Part shown: one piece after another, positions 50,175-61,554 of the stretch
How the letters are laid out: the number at the start of each line of letters is the position of its first letter
Numbering within the stretch: position 1 is the first letter of the stretch
Source of the DNA: Flavobacteriaceae bacterium
GTDB taxonomy: Bacteria; Bacteroidota; Bacteroidia; Flavobacteriales; Flavobacteriaceae
NCBI GenBank assembly: GCA_013043005.1
Contig: JABDOZ010000063.1
Location: forward strand, 1 to 61,610
Reading direction: 5' to 3'
Length of the DNA: 61,610 bases
Program-made: the position numbers and the translations under genes
Notes under the pieces: generated by a model
Told to the model about the DNA's origin: nothing
What the model saw: only the letters and a program-made list of their open reading frames with translations
The model's database searches: none

Positions 50175-50705
50175 TTAATCTTCCGAAACTGGTAAATACT
50201 CTTTTATGATTTTAAAATCATTGACTTCTTGATTCCATTTAAGGTTCGAAATATACCAACGATTGTTTTCTTTGAGTAAATTAATGCTATTCACACCAGT
50301 AAAACTGCCATTGTCGTCAAAATTGTAATATTCATAGGTACTTGATACATGGTTGAGATGTTGATAAGTGCTTATAGTTCTATCCATTTCCTTAGCAAAA
50401 AAACCATTAGTTTCAAGCCATTTGCCGTATGACCTTATAAATTCTTCAATCGATAAATAATTCTTGTGCTTCAGGTTATCTGGATTTTTAATATTCAGAA
50501 TAATTTCAGCATCCTCTTTAAATAAGTATTTAAAAAGATCCCAGTTTCGTTCTAAATCTTTATCTCCCGAAATTACAGAGTATAGAGTTTTTATTGTACT
50601 GTCTATAGAACCAACCTTTGATGGATAATTTTGGTTAGGTTTATTTTGTGCGGCTAAAAGAGAAATACTAGCCAAAAACAATATCAGTATTATTTTATTC
50701 TTCAT
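50175..50705 (-). CDS. hypothetical secreted protein
   Basis: Signal peptide ILILFLASISLLAAQ. No family recognised with confidence. Confidence 0.45.
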   Translation of the reverse strand: MKNKIILILFLASISLLAAQNKPNQNYPSKVGSIDSTIKTLYSVISGDKDLERNWDLFKYLFKEDAEIILNIKNPDNLKHKNYLSIEEFIRSYGKWLETNGFFAKEMDRTISTYQHLNHVSSTYEYYNFDDNGSFTGVNSINLLKENNRWYISNLKWNQEVNDFKIIKEYLPVSED

Positions 50706-50722
50706 TATTATATTTAATTAAA

Positions 50723-53185
50723 TTATAAACTTACTCCAAATACAAGAATGTCATTCAAAAAACCACTTTGATAGGATCTCAAATAATCAAATCTAAAAAT
50801 TCTAAATTTTCCCCAACCTAAATTCTTTAATCCAATTGTGTATTCTTGATAAGGCTTATGATTAACAGCTGATAATGCATGAGCTCCTATAACCAAGTTG
50901 AAATTCAGTTTTCTTAACAGTGGTAATTTATTTAAAATATATCCTTTAAAATCATGTTCTGTATGAAATTCGGCATATCTTTCATTGGTGCTCATTGAAT
51001 AATACGGTAAATTATTGAATTTATTTAGATAGTTACTATTGCCAACATGAGTCTGGTTGCCATTAAAGTGATGGTAATCCATAAAAGCTGCATTACCAGA
51101 ATTAAAAAATTTACCAATTTTTAAATTATATTCAAAATTACCCTTATTGGATATATCAAAGTTTTGGACCAACCTAGCTTGAATATGGTTAAAATGATAG
51201 GCCTCAACAGAAGATCCAAATCCTTTTCTATAAGACAAATATAATGTAGGGTACTTATTATTTACTATCGTAGCTTTACTTCCCGGGTAACTAAAATAGG
51301 TCTGACCAAATCTTATTCTGCCTGTTAAACTTAGCTTAAAAATAGTATGAGTTTCAAAGGGTGCTATTCCAAAAGCTGTTTCATCAAGAGGGTTATTACT
51401 TGTTAAAAAATCATCTGGTTCATCTGTTACAGACCAGTTCGAATTATTAAATAAGGGTTTACGTCGTTCTAAGCTTAAACTTGAGTAGAACCTGAATCCA
51501 TTAAATAGCTCTTGTGAATAATCCAATTGTCCAAAAGTCTTATCATATAACTTCATATAATTATCCTCAAAGAATAAGGTGCTAAATGCATTAACGCGTT
51601 TTGAAATGGGTTCAGAACTGTTAAATTGTTCTACTGTATTTCCTCCTGAGAAACTAATTATAGGTCTGGAAATATTATTTAATTTATACCTGATACTTCC
51701 ATTTATTCTAAACCTTTTATCAGATAAACCATATGTGTTTTTTAAAGAAATGTCCAGATATCTTCTGTATTCATCAATGTTTTTCCGAAAATTGAAATTA
51801 ACATTACCATTATGTCCTTGAACTGTATTATAAGTAAATGTCAATAGTGGTGCACTAATACCTATATTCCAATCTTTGTAAGAGTTAGAATAATTATATC
51901 CGGTAAATAAGTATTGTAGTTTGAATTTGTTTCGTTGTGCATCAATCGAATCCAGATACCTTTTTGATTTTCTAACGATTTGAATACTATCCTTTTTAAG
52001 GTAATCTGAGATTTCTTCAGTTGATAAAGGAATTGGTCTCTGATTATTCCAGTATGTTGAATCTTTTTTATTTGCTTCCTCTTCAAAGACCAACAATTCA
52101 GGTGTAAATGATTTTTTGTTGAAATCTGGAGAGAAATTATAATTACTATAAACAGCAGTAAATGTTCCATCACCTTTAATTCCCAAAACACTGTAATTAA
52201 AATTAATACTTTGAGAAATAAGTGCCCATAGTTTATCTGTTTTAGAATACGAAAAGGACTGTTTTAAACGTATGGTATCAGCTGCGGGAATCTGTGCTTG
52301 CTTTCCTGTTACTACCAGTTCTAAACCATATAAGGACCATTGATCTTCCACAATATAAACATTGCCTGAAAATATTCGGTCATTTTTACGTTTAGGAATA
52401 ACCTTTATTTTGTTTATCAAATTTCCAAGATCATCATAAAACTCACCTTCTAAGCTGTAATTATAATAATTAAACGCATAGTCTGAAATTGGAGAAATTA
52501 GCTGATTTTCAATTTCTATTGTATTGTTATAAAAATTAAAATTGACATCATTAGCATTATTAAAGCTAAAGCCATTATCATCGCCACTAACCTTGGAAGC
52601 GATTATTTTTTCCTTTAGTTTGTTTGGTTTTTTATACTCAATTTTGGAAAATGTCTCAGACAAATAAATAATGCCGCTTCTCGTTGAATCTAATCCACCT
52701 CCAAGATCTCCAATATCCTGACCAAGAATTTTTTCTGGAGCATTTTTTATTCGTATTAATCCACGTGAATAAAAATCTGCCTTGAAGGCATCATAGTTGG
52801 ACAAATTATTCTTTCTTTTCTCTATAGCCTTCCTTATAATTTTATTAGCAGGATTGTCCTGTGAGGTAATTATCACTTCATTTAAAGCAATTGTTTCCTC
52901 TTCCAAATTTACATCCAGAACCAGAGGAAGCGTTTTTATATCAAAAGTTTTTTTAATAGTCTTATATCCCAAATATTGGAAAACTATAGTATAGGTTTCT
53001 GGCAGAGTAATATTAAGTTCGTAATCACCTTCTATATTACTGGTTGTGCCATTATAGGTATTCTCAATGTAGATATTTACAAATGGAAGTGGCTTGTTTT
53101 TATCGTTTTTTATGGTTCCTTTTATCTGAGAGAGAGATGGTATTGTAAACAATAGAAAAAGAAAAGAAAAAACGTAGAACTTCAT
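50723..53185 (-). CDS. DUF5686-like outer-membrane protein with an N-terminal carboxypeptidase-regulatory-like domain
   Basis: Signal peptide and a CarboxypepD_reg-like start (IKGTIKNDKNKPLPFVNIYIENTYNGTTSNIEGDYEL). A long beta-rich region follows, ending in an aromatic-rich C-terminus. Confidence 0.65.
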   Translation of the reverse strand: MKFYVFSFLFLLFTIPSLSQIKGTIKNDKNKPLPFVNIYIENTYNGTTSNIEGDYELNITLPETYTIVFQYLGYKTIKKTFDIKTLPLVLDVNLEEETIALNEVIITSQDNPANKIIRKAIEKRKNNLSNYDAFKADFYSRGLIRIKNAPEKILGQDIGDLGGGLDSTRSGIIYLSETFSKIEYKKPNKLKEKIIASKVSGDDNGFSFNNANDVNFNFYNNTIEIENQLISPISDYAFNYYNYSLEGEFYDDLGNLINKIKVIPKRKNDRIFSGNVYIVEDQWSLYGLELVVTGKQAQIPAADTIRLKQSFSYSKTDKLWALISQSINFNYSVLGIKGDGTFTAVYSNYNFSPDFNKKSFTPELLVFEEEANKKDSTYWNNQRPIPLSTEEISDYLKKDSIQIVRKSKRYLDSIDAQRNKFKLQYLFTGYNYSNSYKDWNIGISAPLLTFTYNTVQGHNGNVNFNFRKNIDEYRRYLDISLKNTYGLSDKRFRINGSIRYKLNNISRPIISFSGGNTVEQFNSSEPISKRVNAFSTLFFEDNYMKLYDKTFGQLDYSQELFNGFRFYSSLSLERRKPLFNNSNWSVTDEPDDFLTSNNPLDETAFGIAPFETHTIFKLSLTGRIRFGQTYFSYPGSKATIVNNKYPTLYLSYRKGFGSSVEAYHFNHIQARLVQNFDISNKGNFEYNLKIGKFFNSGNAAFMDYHHFNGNQTHVGNSNYLNKFNNLPYYSMSTNERYAEFHTEHDFKGYILNKLPLLRKLNFNLVIGAHALSAVNHKPYQEYTIGLKNLGWGKFRIFRFDYLRSYQSGFLNDILVFGVSL

Positions 53186-53261
53186 TAATTTTGGCTGAGG
53201 TTTGTTTTTAAACGGTCAAACTTAGGTATAATTGCAGTTCAATTATTGCAATCCTGCTATT

Positions 53262-53720
53262 TTATTTAAAATTTTTCTTGATTCGGGCCAGATTGCGTTT
53301 GTTGTCCCTGTCCTTTATTGTTTCTCGCTTATCATAGATCTTTTTCCCTTTTGCTAATGCAATTATTAATTTAGCGAACCCCTTGTCATTTATGAATAGC
53401 TTTAAAGGGATAATTGTTAAGCCGGAATTCTTTACTTCCTTATTGAGTTTTTTTAATTCTCTTTTGTTTAATAATAATTTTCGTTCTGCTCTCGGTTGGT
53501 GGTTATAATGGGTTCCGAAGAGGTATTCCTGTATATACATATTAACTACAAATAATTCACCCCTGTCATTAAACTCACAAAAACTTTCAGAAATAGAGGC
53601 CTTACTGTTTCTTATAGATTTTATTTCAGTTCCAGTCAATACAATTCCGGCAGTATATTTTTCAATAATATCATACTCAAAACGAGCCTTTTTATTTTGT
53701 ATGTTAATTTTTTTTTGCAT
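53262..53720 (-). CDS. smpB: SsrA-binding protein SmpB
   Basis: NKKARFEYDIIEKYTAGIVLTGTEIKSIR plus a basic C-terminal tail. Confidence 0.95.
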   Translation of the reverse strand: MQKKINIQNKKARFEYDIIEKYTAGIVLTGTEIKSIRNSKASISESFCEFNDRGELFVVNMYIQEYLFGTHYNHQPRAERKLLLNKRELKKLNKEVKNSGLTIIPLKLFINDKGFAKLIIALAKGKKIYDKRETIKDRDNKRNLARIKKNFK

Positions 53721-53787
53721 CCGACCAAAGGTACTAATTTAAGCCTAATTTTAAATTATTGTTAATTATTAAGTAGCTTTACGACTT

Positions 53788-54546
53788 ATGGAATCTATGA
53801 GCGCAATTCGAATATTATTTTACAGTTTCATTATCAGCATCTCACTATTTGCTTGTAAGCAAAAAGTAACAGATGAAAATATTGCAGAGACAATTCTGAA
53901 TCGATCTATTGAGGTCTCAGGTGGAGATGTAATTGACAATTCCACAATTTCATTTAATTTTAGAGATAGACATTATAAAGCAGAAAGGAATAGTGGATTA
54001 TATAAATTAGAAAGAAATTCTATAGACTCTACACGGACCATCTTGGATCAAATTTCTAATAAAGGATTTCAAAGATTTGTCAATGATGAACTTCAAACGA
54101 TACCAGATTCCATGGTAGTTAGATATTCAAATTCTGTAAATTCTGTTCATTATTTTTCAGTGCTTCCTTATGGATTAGATGATCCAGCGGTAAATGCAGA
54201 ATATCTTGGTTTGAAGGTTTTGAAAGGGAAAGAGTATCATAAGATAAAAGTAACATTTGATGAAATAGGAGGAGGTGATGATTTTGAGGATATATTCATT
54301 TACTGGATAAGTAAGGATGATCATAAATTAGATTATTTGGCTTATGAATTCCATGTGAATGGAGGAGGCATTAGATTTAGAGAAGCCTTTAATGAGCGAT
54401 ATATAAATGGAATCCGATTTGTAGATTATAATAATTTGAAACCAATGGATAAAAAATCAAATCTCTTGGAAATAGACTTTTTATTTGAAGAAAATATACT
54501 TGAGTTGGTCTCAAAAATTGAACTTAAAAATCTTACTGTAGAATAG
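53788..54546 (+). CDS. hypothetical lipoprotein
   Basis: Lipobox ISLFACKQ. No family recognised with confidence. The alternative start is at 53797. Confidence 0.45.
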   Translation: MESMSAIRILFYSFIISISLFACKQKVTDENIAETILNRSIEVSGGDVIDNSTISFNFRDRHYKAERNSGLYKLERNSIDSTRTILDQISNKGFQRFVNDELQTIPDSMVVRYSNSVNSVHYFSVLPYGLDDPAVNAEYLGLKVLKGKEYHKIKVTFDEIGGGDDFEDIFIYWISKDDHKLDYLAYEFHVNGGGIRFREAFNERYINGIRFVDYNNLKPMDKKSNLLEIDFLFEENILELVSKIELKNLTVE

Positions 54547-54574
54547 GATTACTACTTAATTTTTTACAACAAAA

Positions 54575-55156
54575 CTAATAATCTTTAACTCTTAATTTTT
54601 CCTTTTTACGTAGTCTATTGATTTTTGCAGAATTCAGTATTTTATTTCTCTCTAAAGTGGTATAACGCTCGTCCAAATTGACATCAATAGTTTTAATTTT
54701 ATTAAAATTGAATTTTATTTTATTATTCTTTATTTCTAGGATATTTCCGTTTATGGATTGTAGTTTAAATATTCCATAATTATCTGTTTTTGAAAATTGA
54801 ATTAAATTACTATCCTTATCGATAAGTTCTATATTGACAGGTCTGTTTATGCAGCAGGAAAGATCAATTTTTCCTTTAAGTTGCACTATTTCTCTTCCTT
54901 TTCCCACCGCTTCATACATTATAGAATCTATTGATATATTTAAGGGAAGAAGTCTGTTTGTATTATTAGAAAGAAGTTTAACTGGAGCTTTGAAATATTT
55001 AGTATCTCCATTTATTGAAATTATTTTGACAGGAACCCCTTCTTTTTTAATTTCTAAATCAATCCAATAGGCTGGATCCTGATACTCTTTTTTAGTTTGG
55101 CCTAGAGAAATGGAGAAAAAACAAATTGTAATGATAATGGAAATTAACTTTTTCAT
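54575..55156 (-). CDS. secreted protein with a carboxypeptidase-regulatory-like beta-sandwich, paralogue A
   Basis: Signal peptide. The core LKGKIDLSCCINRPVNIELIDKDSNLIQFSKTDNYGIFKLQSINGN resembles the CarboxypepD_reg fold. Start set to the MKK at 55156. Confidence 0.55.
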   Translation of the reverse strand: MKKLISIIITICFFSISLGQTKKEYQDPAYWIDLEIKKEGVPVKIISINGDTKYFKAPVKLLSNNTNRLLPLNISIDSIMYEAVGKGREIVQLKGKIDLSCCINRPVNIELIDKDSNLIQFSKTDNYGIFKLQSINGNILEIKNNKIKFNFNKIKTIDVNLDERYTTLERNKILNSAKINRLRKKEKLRVKDY

Positions 55157-55229
55157 TGTAATGGAATAAAACAAGATGTATATTAAAAAATAAACCTTGC
55201 CTTACTTACAACTTAATTTGCATGAAGGT

Positions 55230-55826
55230 TTATTTTTGCGCATTTATAACTGTAGCCTGTTGCGTACTATTAAATTGCTCGTCTATTAATTTCTTATAAA
55301 CAATAACATTGGCGTTTCTTATATCAGCATTTCCATCAAAGCTCATAATTCTAGAAAAGTTGAACTTTATTCTTCCTTTACTAATTTCAACCATATTGCC
55401 ATTAATACTTTTAATTTTAAAGTTACCAGACTTATCAGTTTTTGCAATTTGAACTAAATTACCTTTACTATCATAGAATTCTAATGTAATAGGAGAAGGG
55501 TAACAACAAGACATATCAATTTTACCTCTTACATACACCATTAGCCTGTCTTTATGGTCATAAGAAGCCGCAATATTAGTAAATTTAATTTCCATGTTAG
55601 CAATACTCTCATATTGTTCTGATTCTAATTTAACCGGGATAACATAGTTAAATGCTTGATCTTCTCTGTTAATGAATACAAAAGGTGTATCTTGAATATT
55701 AGAATCTTCTTCAATATTAATTACCAAATCAGTAGGATAATCTTTAAATCGAATCCAATTTTCTTGAGCGTTCAATAAAGTTGAAGTGAACAGAAGTACT
55801 AACGTATATATTATAGTTTTTTTCAT
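55230..55826 (-). CDS. secreted protein with a carboxypeptidase-regulatory-like beta-sandwich, paralogue B
   Basis: Signal peptide. The core VRGKIDMSCCYPSPITLEFYDSKGNLVQIAKTDKSGNFKIKSINGN matches paralogue A. Start set to the MKK at 55826. Confidence 0.55.
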   Translation of the reverse strand: MKKTIIYTLVLLFTSTLLNAQENWIRFKDYPTDLVINIEEDSNIQDTPFVFINREDQAFNYVIPVKLESEQYESIANMEIKFTNIAASYDHKDRLMVYVRGKIDMSCCYPSPITLEFYDSKGNLVQIAKTDKSGNFKIKSINGNMVEISKGRIKFNFSRIMSFDGNADIRNANVIVYKKLIDEQFNSTQQATVINAQK

Positions 55827-56023
55827 GATATTTGAGGGTTTGTACCCCAAAGATATGGAAGCACATACCATGCCAAACAAAATATTAGATAAGGCGTATT
55901 TTTTTTCGCCTAATGGATAAAAGATACAAAAAATATCGTTAAACCGCTACAAATCAGGTAGAATAATGGTTAGGTTAAGAATTTACTTTAAATACCACTA
56001 AATATTTACGGTGTATATTTTTG

Positions 56024-56722
56024 CTACGCAAGTTCCAAGGCAATTTCTACCATTGCTTTAAAAGTGGTCTCTCTTTCTTTGGTCGTAGTTCGTTCACCAG
56101 TTACCAAAGAATCGGAAATTGTTAAAATTGCGAGTGCGTTAACATCGTGTTTAGCTGCAACGGTGTACAAGCCCGCAGCTTCCATCTCAACACATAATAC
56201 ACCAAATATTGACCATTTTTTATAGGCTTCAAAATCATCGGCGTAAAACTCATCACTGGTGAATACATTTCCTGCCTTCACTTTAATATTTTTCTTTTTC
56301 GCAGCTTCTACCGCTTTCAAAAACAGCCCAAAATCAGCCGTAGGTGCGTAATCTGCTCCTCCAAATCGCAGTTCATTGACTCCCGAATTGGATGAGGCTG
56401 CCATGGCTAGAACTACATCTCTAATCTTAACATCTTTCTGGTATGATCCGGCGCTACCAACACGAATTAAATTTTTTACGCCGTAAGCATTAATAAGCTC
56501 ATGGGCATAAATTGATATACTTGGAACTCCCATGCCAGTACCCATAACAGATACTCGTTTGCCATTATAAACACCTGTGTAACCCAGCATATTTCTGACC
56601 TTGTTAAAGCAAACAGGGTCGTCAAAAAAAGTTTCAGCTATCCATTTTGCACGCAGTGGATCACCAGGCAATAATATGGTTTCAGCTATTTGTCCTTTTT
56701 TGGCTTCTATATGTACGCTCAT
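56024..56722 (-). CDS. deoD: purine-nucleoside phosphorylase (DeoD type)
   Basis: As I recall it, strong similarity to E. coli DeoD throughout ([41 protein letters not shown]). Confidence 0.95.
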   Translation of the reverse strand: MSVHIEAKKGQIAETILLPGDPLRAKWIAETFFDDPVCFNKVRNMLGYTGVYNGKRVSVMGTGMGVPSISIYAHELINAYGVKNLIRVGSAGSYQKDVKIRDVVLAMAASSNSGVNELRFGGADYAPTADFGLFLKAVEAAKKKNIKVKAGNVFTSDEFYADDFEAYKKWSIFGVLCVEMEAAGLYTVAAKHDVNALAILTISDSLVTGERTTTKERETTFKAMVEIALELA

Positions 56723-56737
56723 AATTATTTAAATTGA

Positions 56738-57400
56738 TTAGTAGTCTGATTCAGATTTAGTGCCAGAAACAATGGCAATTCCAGATGAAGTCCCAAGCCT
56801 TTCAACACCTAAAGCGATATATTCTTGAGCTGTTTTTGTGTCTTTTATACCTCCTGAAGCTTTTATTTTCATTTTATCTTTTGCAACATTTTTCATGAGT
56901 TTCACATCTTCTTTAGTAGCTCCTCCAGTTCCAAATCCAGTTGAGGTCTTTATAAAATCAGCTTTAGCATTTAATGCCAGTTCGCTCCCTTTTAGAATTT
57001 CTTCTTTATTCAAATAACATGTCTCAAGAATAACCTTAAGGGTGTTTTTTGGCATAACTTTTTTAATGGAACGAATTTCGTTTTTAACTTTTTTAAAGGA
57101 TTTACTTTTTAATAAACCAACATTGATAACCATATCAATTTCATCAGCACCATCTTTAAGGGCTCGTTTTGCCTCGTAGACTTTAGCTTTAGTACTCATT
57201 GCACCAAGTGGGAATCCAATAACACTACATATTTTAACATCAGTATTCTTTAATTCCTTCTTGGCCAACTTGACAAAACTGCTATTAACGCATACAGAAA
57301 AGAAATCTTCTTTTTTTGCTTCATTACAAAGCTGTTTTATATCATCCTTTGTTGCAGTAGGTTTCAATAAAGTATGGTCTATATATTTATTTAATTTCAT
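56738..57400 (-). CDS. deoC: deoxyribose-phosphate aldolase
   Basis: IDHTLLKP N-terminus and the Schiff-base lysine regions FIKTSTGF and KASGGI. Confidence 0.93.
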   Translation of the reverse strand: MKLNKYIDHTLLKPTATKDDIKQLCNEAKKEDFFSVCVNSSFVKLAKKELKNTDVKICSVIGFPLGAMSTKAKVYEAKRALKDGADEIDMVINVGLLKSKSFKKVKNEIRSIKKVMPKNTLKVILETCYLNKEEILKGSELALNAKADFIKTSTGFGTGGATKEDVKLMKNVAKDKMKIKASGGIKDTKTAQEYIALGVERLGTSSGIAIVSGTKSESDY

Positions 57401-57456
57401 TTTATAAAATTAATATATTTCGCGAGTTCATCATATGATTTTTTAACATAAATTAT

Positions 57457-57499
57457 AAAAAAAAGCAACGTTCATCTTTTTATAGATTCACGTTGCTTT
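57457..57499 (-). terminator. Rho-independent terminator of clpB
   Basis: 10-bp stem AAAGCAACGT/ACGTTGCTTT with an 18-nt loop. On the minus strand a T-run follows (A-run 57457-57461 on plus). Confidence 0.7.
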
Positions 57500-57556
57500 C
57501 CAACTAACCAACCATTATGAAAACGGTTCTGTGTGCCAAATATTACACACTTTATT

Positions 57557-60163
57557 TTATAATTCTTCAGTTACAAGATCACCTTGATTTCTAAACACTA
57601 ATTTATCATCGAATGCATCCAACAGAATTATACTTTCCGTTTTAATTCTTCCGGATAAAAGTTCTTTACTGAGCTCATTAAGAACTTCTTTTTGGATGAC
57701 TCGTTTTACAGGTCTTGCACCATATTCAGGGTTGTATCCTTTTTCTGCCAAATAACCAATAGCTTCCTGAGTTGCATCAAAAGTGATGCCTTGTTCGGCG
57801 ATCATTTTTGTCACTCCTTTTAATTGCAATCCAACTATATCAGTAATATTTTGCTTGCTTAAAGGTGTAAACATTATTGTGTCATCAATCCTGTTTAAGA
57901 ACTCTGGTCGTACACTTTGTTTCAGCAAGGCCAATACATCTATTTTTGCAGCCTCTATAGCCGATTCAAGATCCTTTGTTGCTTCAAATCTATCGTGTAT
58001 GATATGACTTCCTAAATTGGATGTCATAATGATGATCGTATTTTTAAAATCAGCTATTCGTCCTTTGTTATCTGTTAATCTGCCTTCGTCCAATACTTGC
58101 AATAATATGTTGAATGTATCTGGATGCGCTTTCTCGACCTCGTCTAGCAGTACTACAGAATAAGGTTTTCTCCTAACAGCTTCAGTTAATTGCCCACCTT
58201 CTTCGTAGCCAATGTATCCAGGAGGTGCTCCAACCAATCTACTCACTGCATGACGTTCCTGGTATTCGCTCATATCTATTCTAGTCATGGCATTTTCGTC
58301 ATCAAACAGGTATTCTGCTAATGCTTTGGCCAACTCAGTCTTACCAACTCCAGTTGTTCCAAGGAACAAGAAAGTGCCAATTGGTTTTTGCGGATTTTGT
58401 AAACCTGCTCGACTTCTTCTTACTGCATCACTCACAGCTACAATTGCCTCCTCTTGTCCAACCACTCGTTTATGCAATTCGTCCTCGAGTTTTAAAAGTT
58501 TTTCACGTTCGCTCTGAATCATTTTGGTAACAGGAATTCCAGTCCATTTAGCAACAACTTCTGCAATATCATCATAAGTAACCTCTTCTTTTATCAATGC
58601 AGTTTCCTGTTGTTCCTGTAATTGCTTCTGATAGGTCTCAAGCTGCTCTTGTGCCTCCTTTATCTTTCCATATCGCAATTCAGCTACTTTTCCGTAATCA
58701 CCTTCTCGCTCTGCTTTTTCAGCTTCCAGTTTAAAGTTTTCGATGTCTTGCTTGGTGTTTTGAATGTTCTCAACAACTTCCTTTTCACTTTTCCACTTAG
58801 CATTCAGCTCATTCCGCTCTTCTTTTAGATTCGCCAGGTCGGAACGTAAGGATTTTAATTTATTCTCATCCTTTTCACGTTTAATGGCTTCAATCTCAAT
58901 TTCAAGCTGCATGATCTTTCTATCCAAAACATCTAGTTCTTCCGGTTTGGAATTGATCTCCATTCTCAGTTTAGAAGCCGCTTCATCCATTAGATCAATT
59001 GCCTTATCTGGAAGAAAACGATTTGTAATGTATCTTGTTGAAAGCTCTACTGCTCCAATAATAGCTTCGTCTTTAATACGCACCTTGTGGTGTGTTTCGT
59101 ATTTTTCTTTGATACCTCTCAAGATTGAAATAGCACTTTCAGTATCTGGTTCATCAACTACTACTTTTTGAAAGCGTCTTTCCAGGGCTTTATCTTTCTC
59201 AAAATACTTCTGGTATTCATCTAAAGTAGTGGCTCCAACGGCTCTTAATTCACCTCTTGCTAATGCAGGTTTTAATATGTTGGCTGCATCCATGGCTCCT
59301 TGTCCTCCTCCAGCACCTACCAATGTGTGAATCTCGTCAATAAAGAGTACAATATCACCTTCGCTGGTTGTGACTTCTTTAATAACCGCTTTTAAACGCT
59401 CCTCGAACTCACCTTTAAATTTTGCTCCTGCAATTAAAGCTCCCATGTCCAACGCAAAAATTTGCTTATCCTTTAAGTTTTCAGGAATGTCGCCATCAAT
59501 TATTCTATGTGCCAATCCTTCTGCTATGGCCGTTTTACCAGTTCCCGGTTCACCAACCAGAATAGGGTTGTTTTTGGTTCTACGTGATAGAATTTGAAGT
59601 ATTCGTCTTATTTCCTCATCACGACCAATAACAGGATCCAGTTTACCATCCTTGGCTAATTGATTTAGATTTCTGGCGTATTTGTTAAGCGCATTGTAAG
59701 TTTCTTCCTGGCTTTGTGAGGTTACACGGCCACCTTTGCGCAATTCATCAATTGCGGCTTGCAGACCTTTTTCTGTAACACCTTGATCTTTTAAGATCTG
59801 TGATATCTTACTCTTGGTTTTAAAGATTCCAAGCACCAAATGTTCTATAGACACAAAATCGTCTTTCATTTTTTTGGCGACTATCGAAGCTTCGTTAACT
59901 GCTTTACCAGCTTCACGCGACAACATAATATCGCCACCAGAGACTTTTGGGAAACTCTCCAGTTCCTTGTCCAGGATCTGTTCTACCATAGCAACATTAA
60001 CATTAAGTTTTTTTAAAATAAATGGGAGTACATTCTCATCTACATTAAAAATACCTTTAAAGATGTGTTCATTCTCTATTTGTTGATGACCATATCCTTG
60101 AGCAATTTGCTGTGCCTGCTGGATGGCCTCTTGTGATTTTATTGTAAAATTGTTAAAATTCAT
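57557..60163 (-). CDS. clpB: ATP-dependent chaperone ClpB
   Basis: Clp N domain, two AAA+ modules (GEPGTGKT and GTTGVGKT) and a long coiled-coil middle domain. Start set to MNFNNFT at 60163. Confidence 0.96.
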   Translation of the reverse strand: MNFNNFTIKSQEAIQQAQQIAQGYGHQQIENEHIFKGIFNVDENVLPFILKKLNVNVAMVEQILDKELESFPKVSGGDIMLSREAGKAVNEASIVAKKMKDDFVSIEHLVLGIFKTKSKISQILKDQGVTEKGLQAAIDELRKGGRVTSQSQEETYNALNKYARNLNQLAKDGKLDPVIGRDEEIRRILQILSRRTKNNPILVGEPGTGKTAIAEGLAHRIIDGDIPENLKDKQIFALDMGALIAGAKFKGEFEERLKAVIKEVTTSEGDIVLFIDEIHTLVGAGGGQGAMDAANILKPALARGELRAVGATTLDEYQKYFEKDKALERRFQKVVVDEPDTESAISILRGIKEKYETHHKVRIKDEAIIGAVELSTRYITNRFLPDKAIDLMDEAASKLRMEINSKPEELDVLDRKIMQLEIEIEAIKREKDENKLKSLRSDLANLKEERNELNAKWKSEKEVVENIQNTKQDIENFKLEAEKAEREGDYGKVAELRYGKIKEAQEQLETYQKQLQEQQETALIKEEVTYDDIAEVVAKWTGIPVTKMIQSEREKLLKLEDELHKRVVGQEEAIVAVSDAVRRSRAGLQNPQKPIGTFLFLGTTGVGKTELAKALAEYLFDDENAMTRIDMSEYQERHAVSRLVGAPPGYIGYEEGGQLTEAVRRKPYSVVLLDEVEKAHPDTFNILLQVLDEGRLTDNKGRIADFKNTIIIMTSNLGSHIIHDRFEATKDLESAIEAAKIDVLALLKQSVRPEFLNRIDDTIMFTPLSKQNITDIVGLQLKGVTKMIAEQGITFDATQEAIGYLAEKGYNPEYGARPVKRVIQKEVLNELSKELLSGRIKTESIILLDAFDDKLVFRNQGDLVTEEL

Positions 60164-60303
60164 AGTTGATATTTTTTCTTTTTGATTAGTTTTGGGCAAT
60201 AACCTTACCATTAGAGTTTACAAGACAAAATGTCGTTAAAGGTCTATAAATAGGTGACTTTTAGTCAGTTGTAAGGTTTTAAAACATGATCGACTTATAG
60301 TTT

Positions 60304-60687
60304 ATGGGAATACTAAAAAACATTTTTGGAAGTACTTCTAACCAAGAAGAAAATACCACACCTTGGAAGAATCTAACTTCTACAAACCAACTGGATGCTA
60401 TAGTCGAAAAATCGAGCTCCAAAATTCAAATTATCTTCAAGCACTCCACACGCTGTGGTATTAGCAGTATGGTAAAGAGGCAATTTGAAAGGCAATACAG
60501 CTTAAATGGTGAAGCAGATTTGTATTATCTGGATATTTTAAATTACCGAAACATCTCCAACGAAATCTCCAATAGATTTCAAGTATACCACGAGTCACCA
60601 CAATTACTTATTATAAAAAATGGAGTAGTGGTAAAGCACGATTCTCATGGTTCTATTAACGACATGAACCTAATTACAATTGTTTAG
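60304..60687 (+). CDS. ytxJ: bacillithiol-system monothiol redox protein YtxJ
   Basis: Thioredoxin-like protein of about 125 aa with the single-Cys motif KHSTRCGIS. Confidence 0.75.
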   Translation: MGILKNIFGSTSNQEENTTPWKNLTSTNQLDAIVEKSSSKIQIIFKHSTRCGISSMVKRQFERQYSLNGEADLYYLDILNYRNISNEISNRFQVYHESPQLLIIKNGVVVKHDSHGSINDMNLITIV

Positions 60688-60822
60688 AATTATTGAACAA
60701 CTCCTTTTTAGAACTATGGAATTTGTAGGAAAATTAAGCTACCTTCGCTTATCAGACGATAAACCGAATTAAAACTTGGCTTATCTCTAAGTTAGCCTTC
60801 ATTAAGACCAACCAACAAAACA

Positions 60823-61554
60823 ATGATAAAATTCTTTAGAAAAATTAGACAACAATTACTCTCTGAAAATAAACTCGGTAAATATCTGGCATATGCAATC
60901 GGTGAGATTTTTCTAGTCATGGTTGGAATTTTATTAGCCCTACAAGTCAATACTTGGAATGAAAATCGAAAAGAGTCTAAAACAGAGTTAGATATTTTAA
61001 CAGGGATTAAGAATGATCTTAATGATGATATTATTGGACTTGCAGAGCTAGTAAGTTTTGACTCCTTAGTAGTGGCAAGAACAGAACAATTGCTGGATAT
61101 ATTGCAAAACGATACTACAGAATATGATACTACAATGGATGAGTTGTTTGGTGTAACTGAAGTATATCTGATATTTCATGCTAAGAAACTTTCCTACACT
61201 ACATTACAACAAAAAGGACTTTCTATAATTTCAAATGATTCGCTCTTGTCAAAAATTATTAATGTTTATGATGTCTCATACGTGAATCAAGGTGATTTGA
61301 ACGACATACTCAAGAGTGTTTTGATCAATAGTCAAAATATTAATTACAAATATTTATCAACTGGAACTAATATAATGCGAAAACGTCCAAATGACTTCAA
61401 AGCATTAAAAAGCAACAATGAATACAAAAATTATTTGAGTCATACCGCAGCAATTCGAAGACTTTTCATGAATAACACCAAAGACATATTAGCATTTTCA
61501 ATTGAGGTAAGGGACGAGATAGAAATCGAAATTAAAAGACTTAAAAACAAATAA
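60823..61554 (+). CDS. DUF6090-like membrane-anchored protein
   Basis: Characteristic N-terminus FFRKIRQQLLSENKLGKYLAYAIGEIFLVMVGILLALQVNTWNE. Confidence 0.6.
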   Translation: MIKFFRKIRQQLLSENKLGKYLAYAIGEIFLVMVGILLALQVNTWNENRKESKTELDILTGIKNDLNDDIIGLAELVSFDSLVVARTEQLLDILQNDTTEYDTTMDELFGVTEVYLIFHAKKLSYTTLQQKGLSIISNDSLLSKIINVYDVSYVNQGDLNDILKSVLINSQNINYKYLSTGTNIMRKRPNDFKALKSNNEYKNYLSHTAAIRRLFMNNTKDILAFSIEVRDEIEIEIKRLKNK

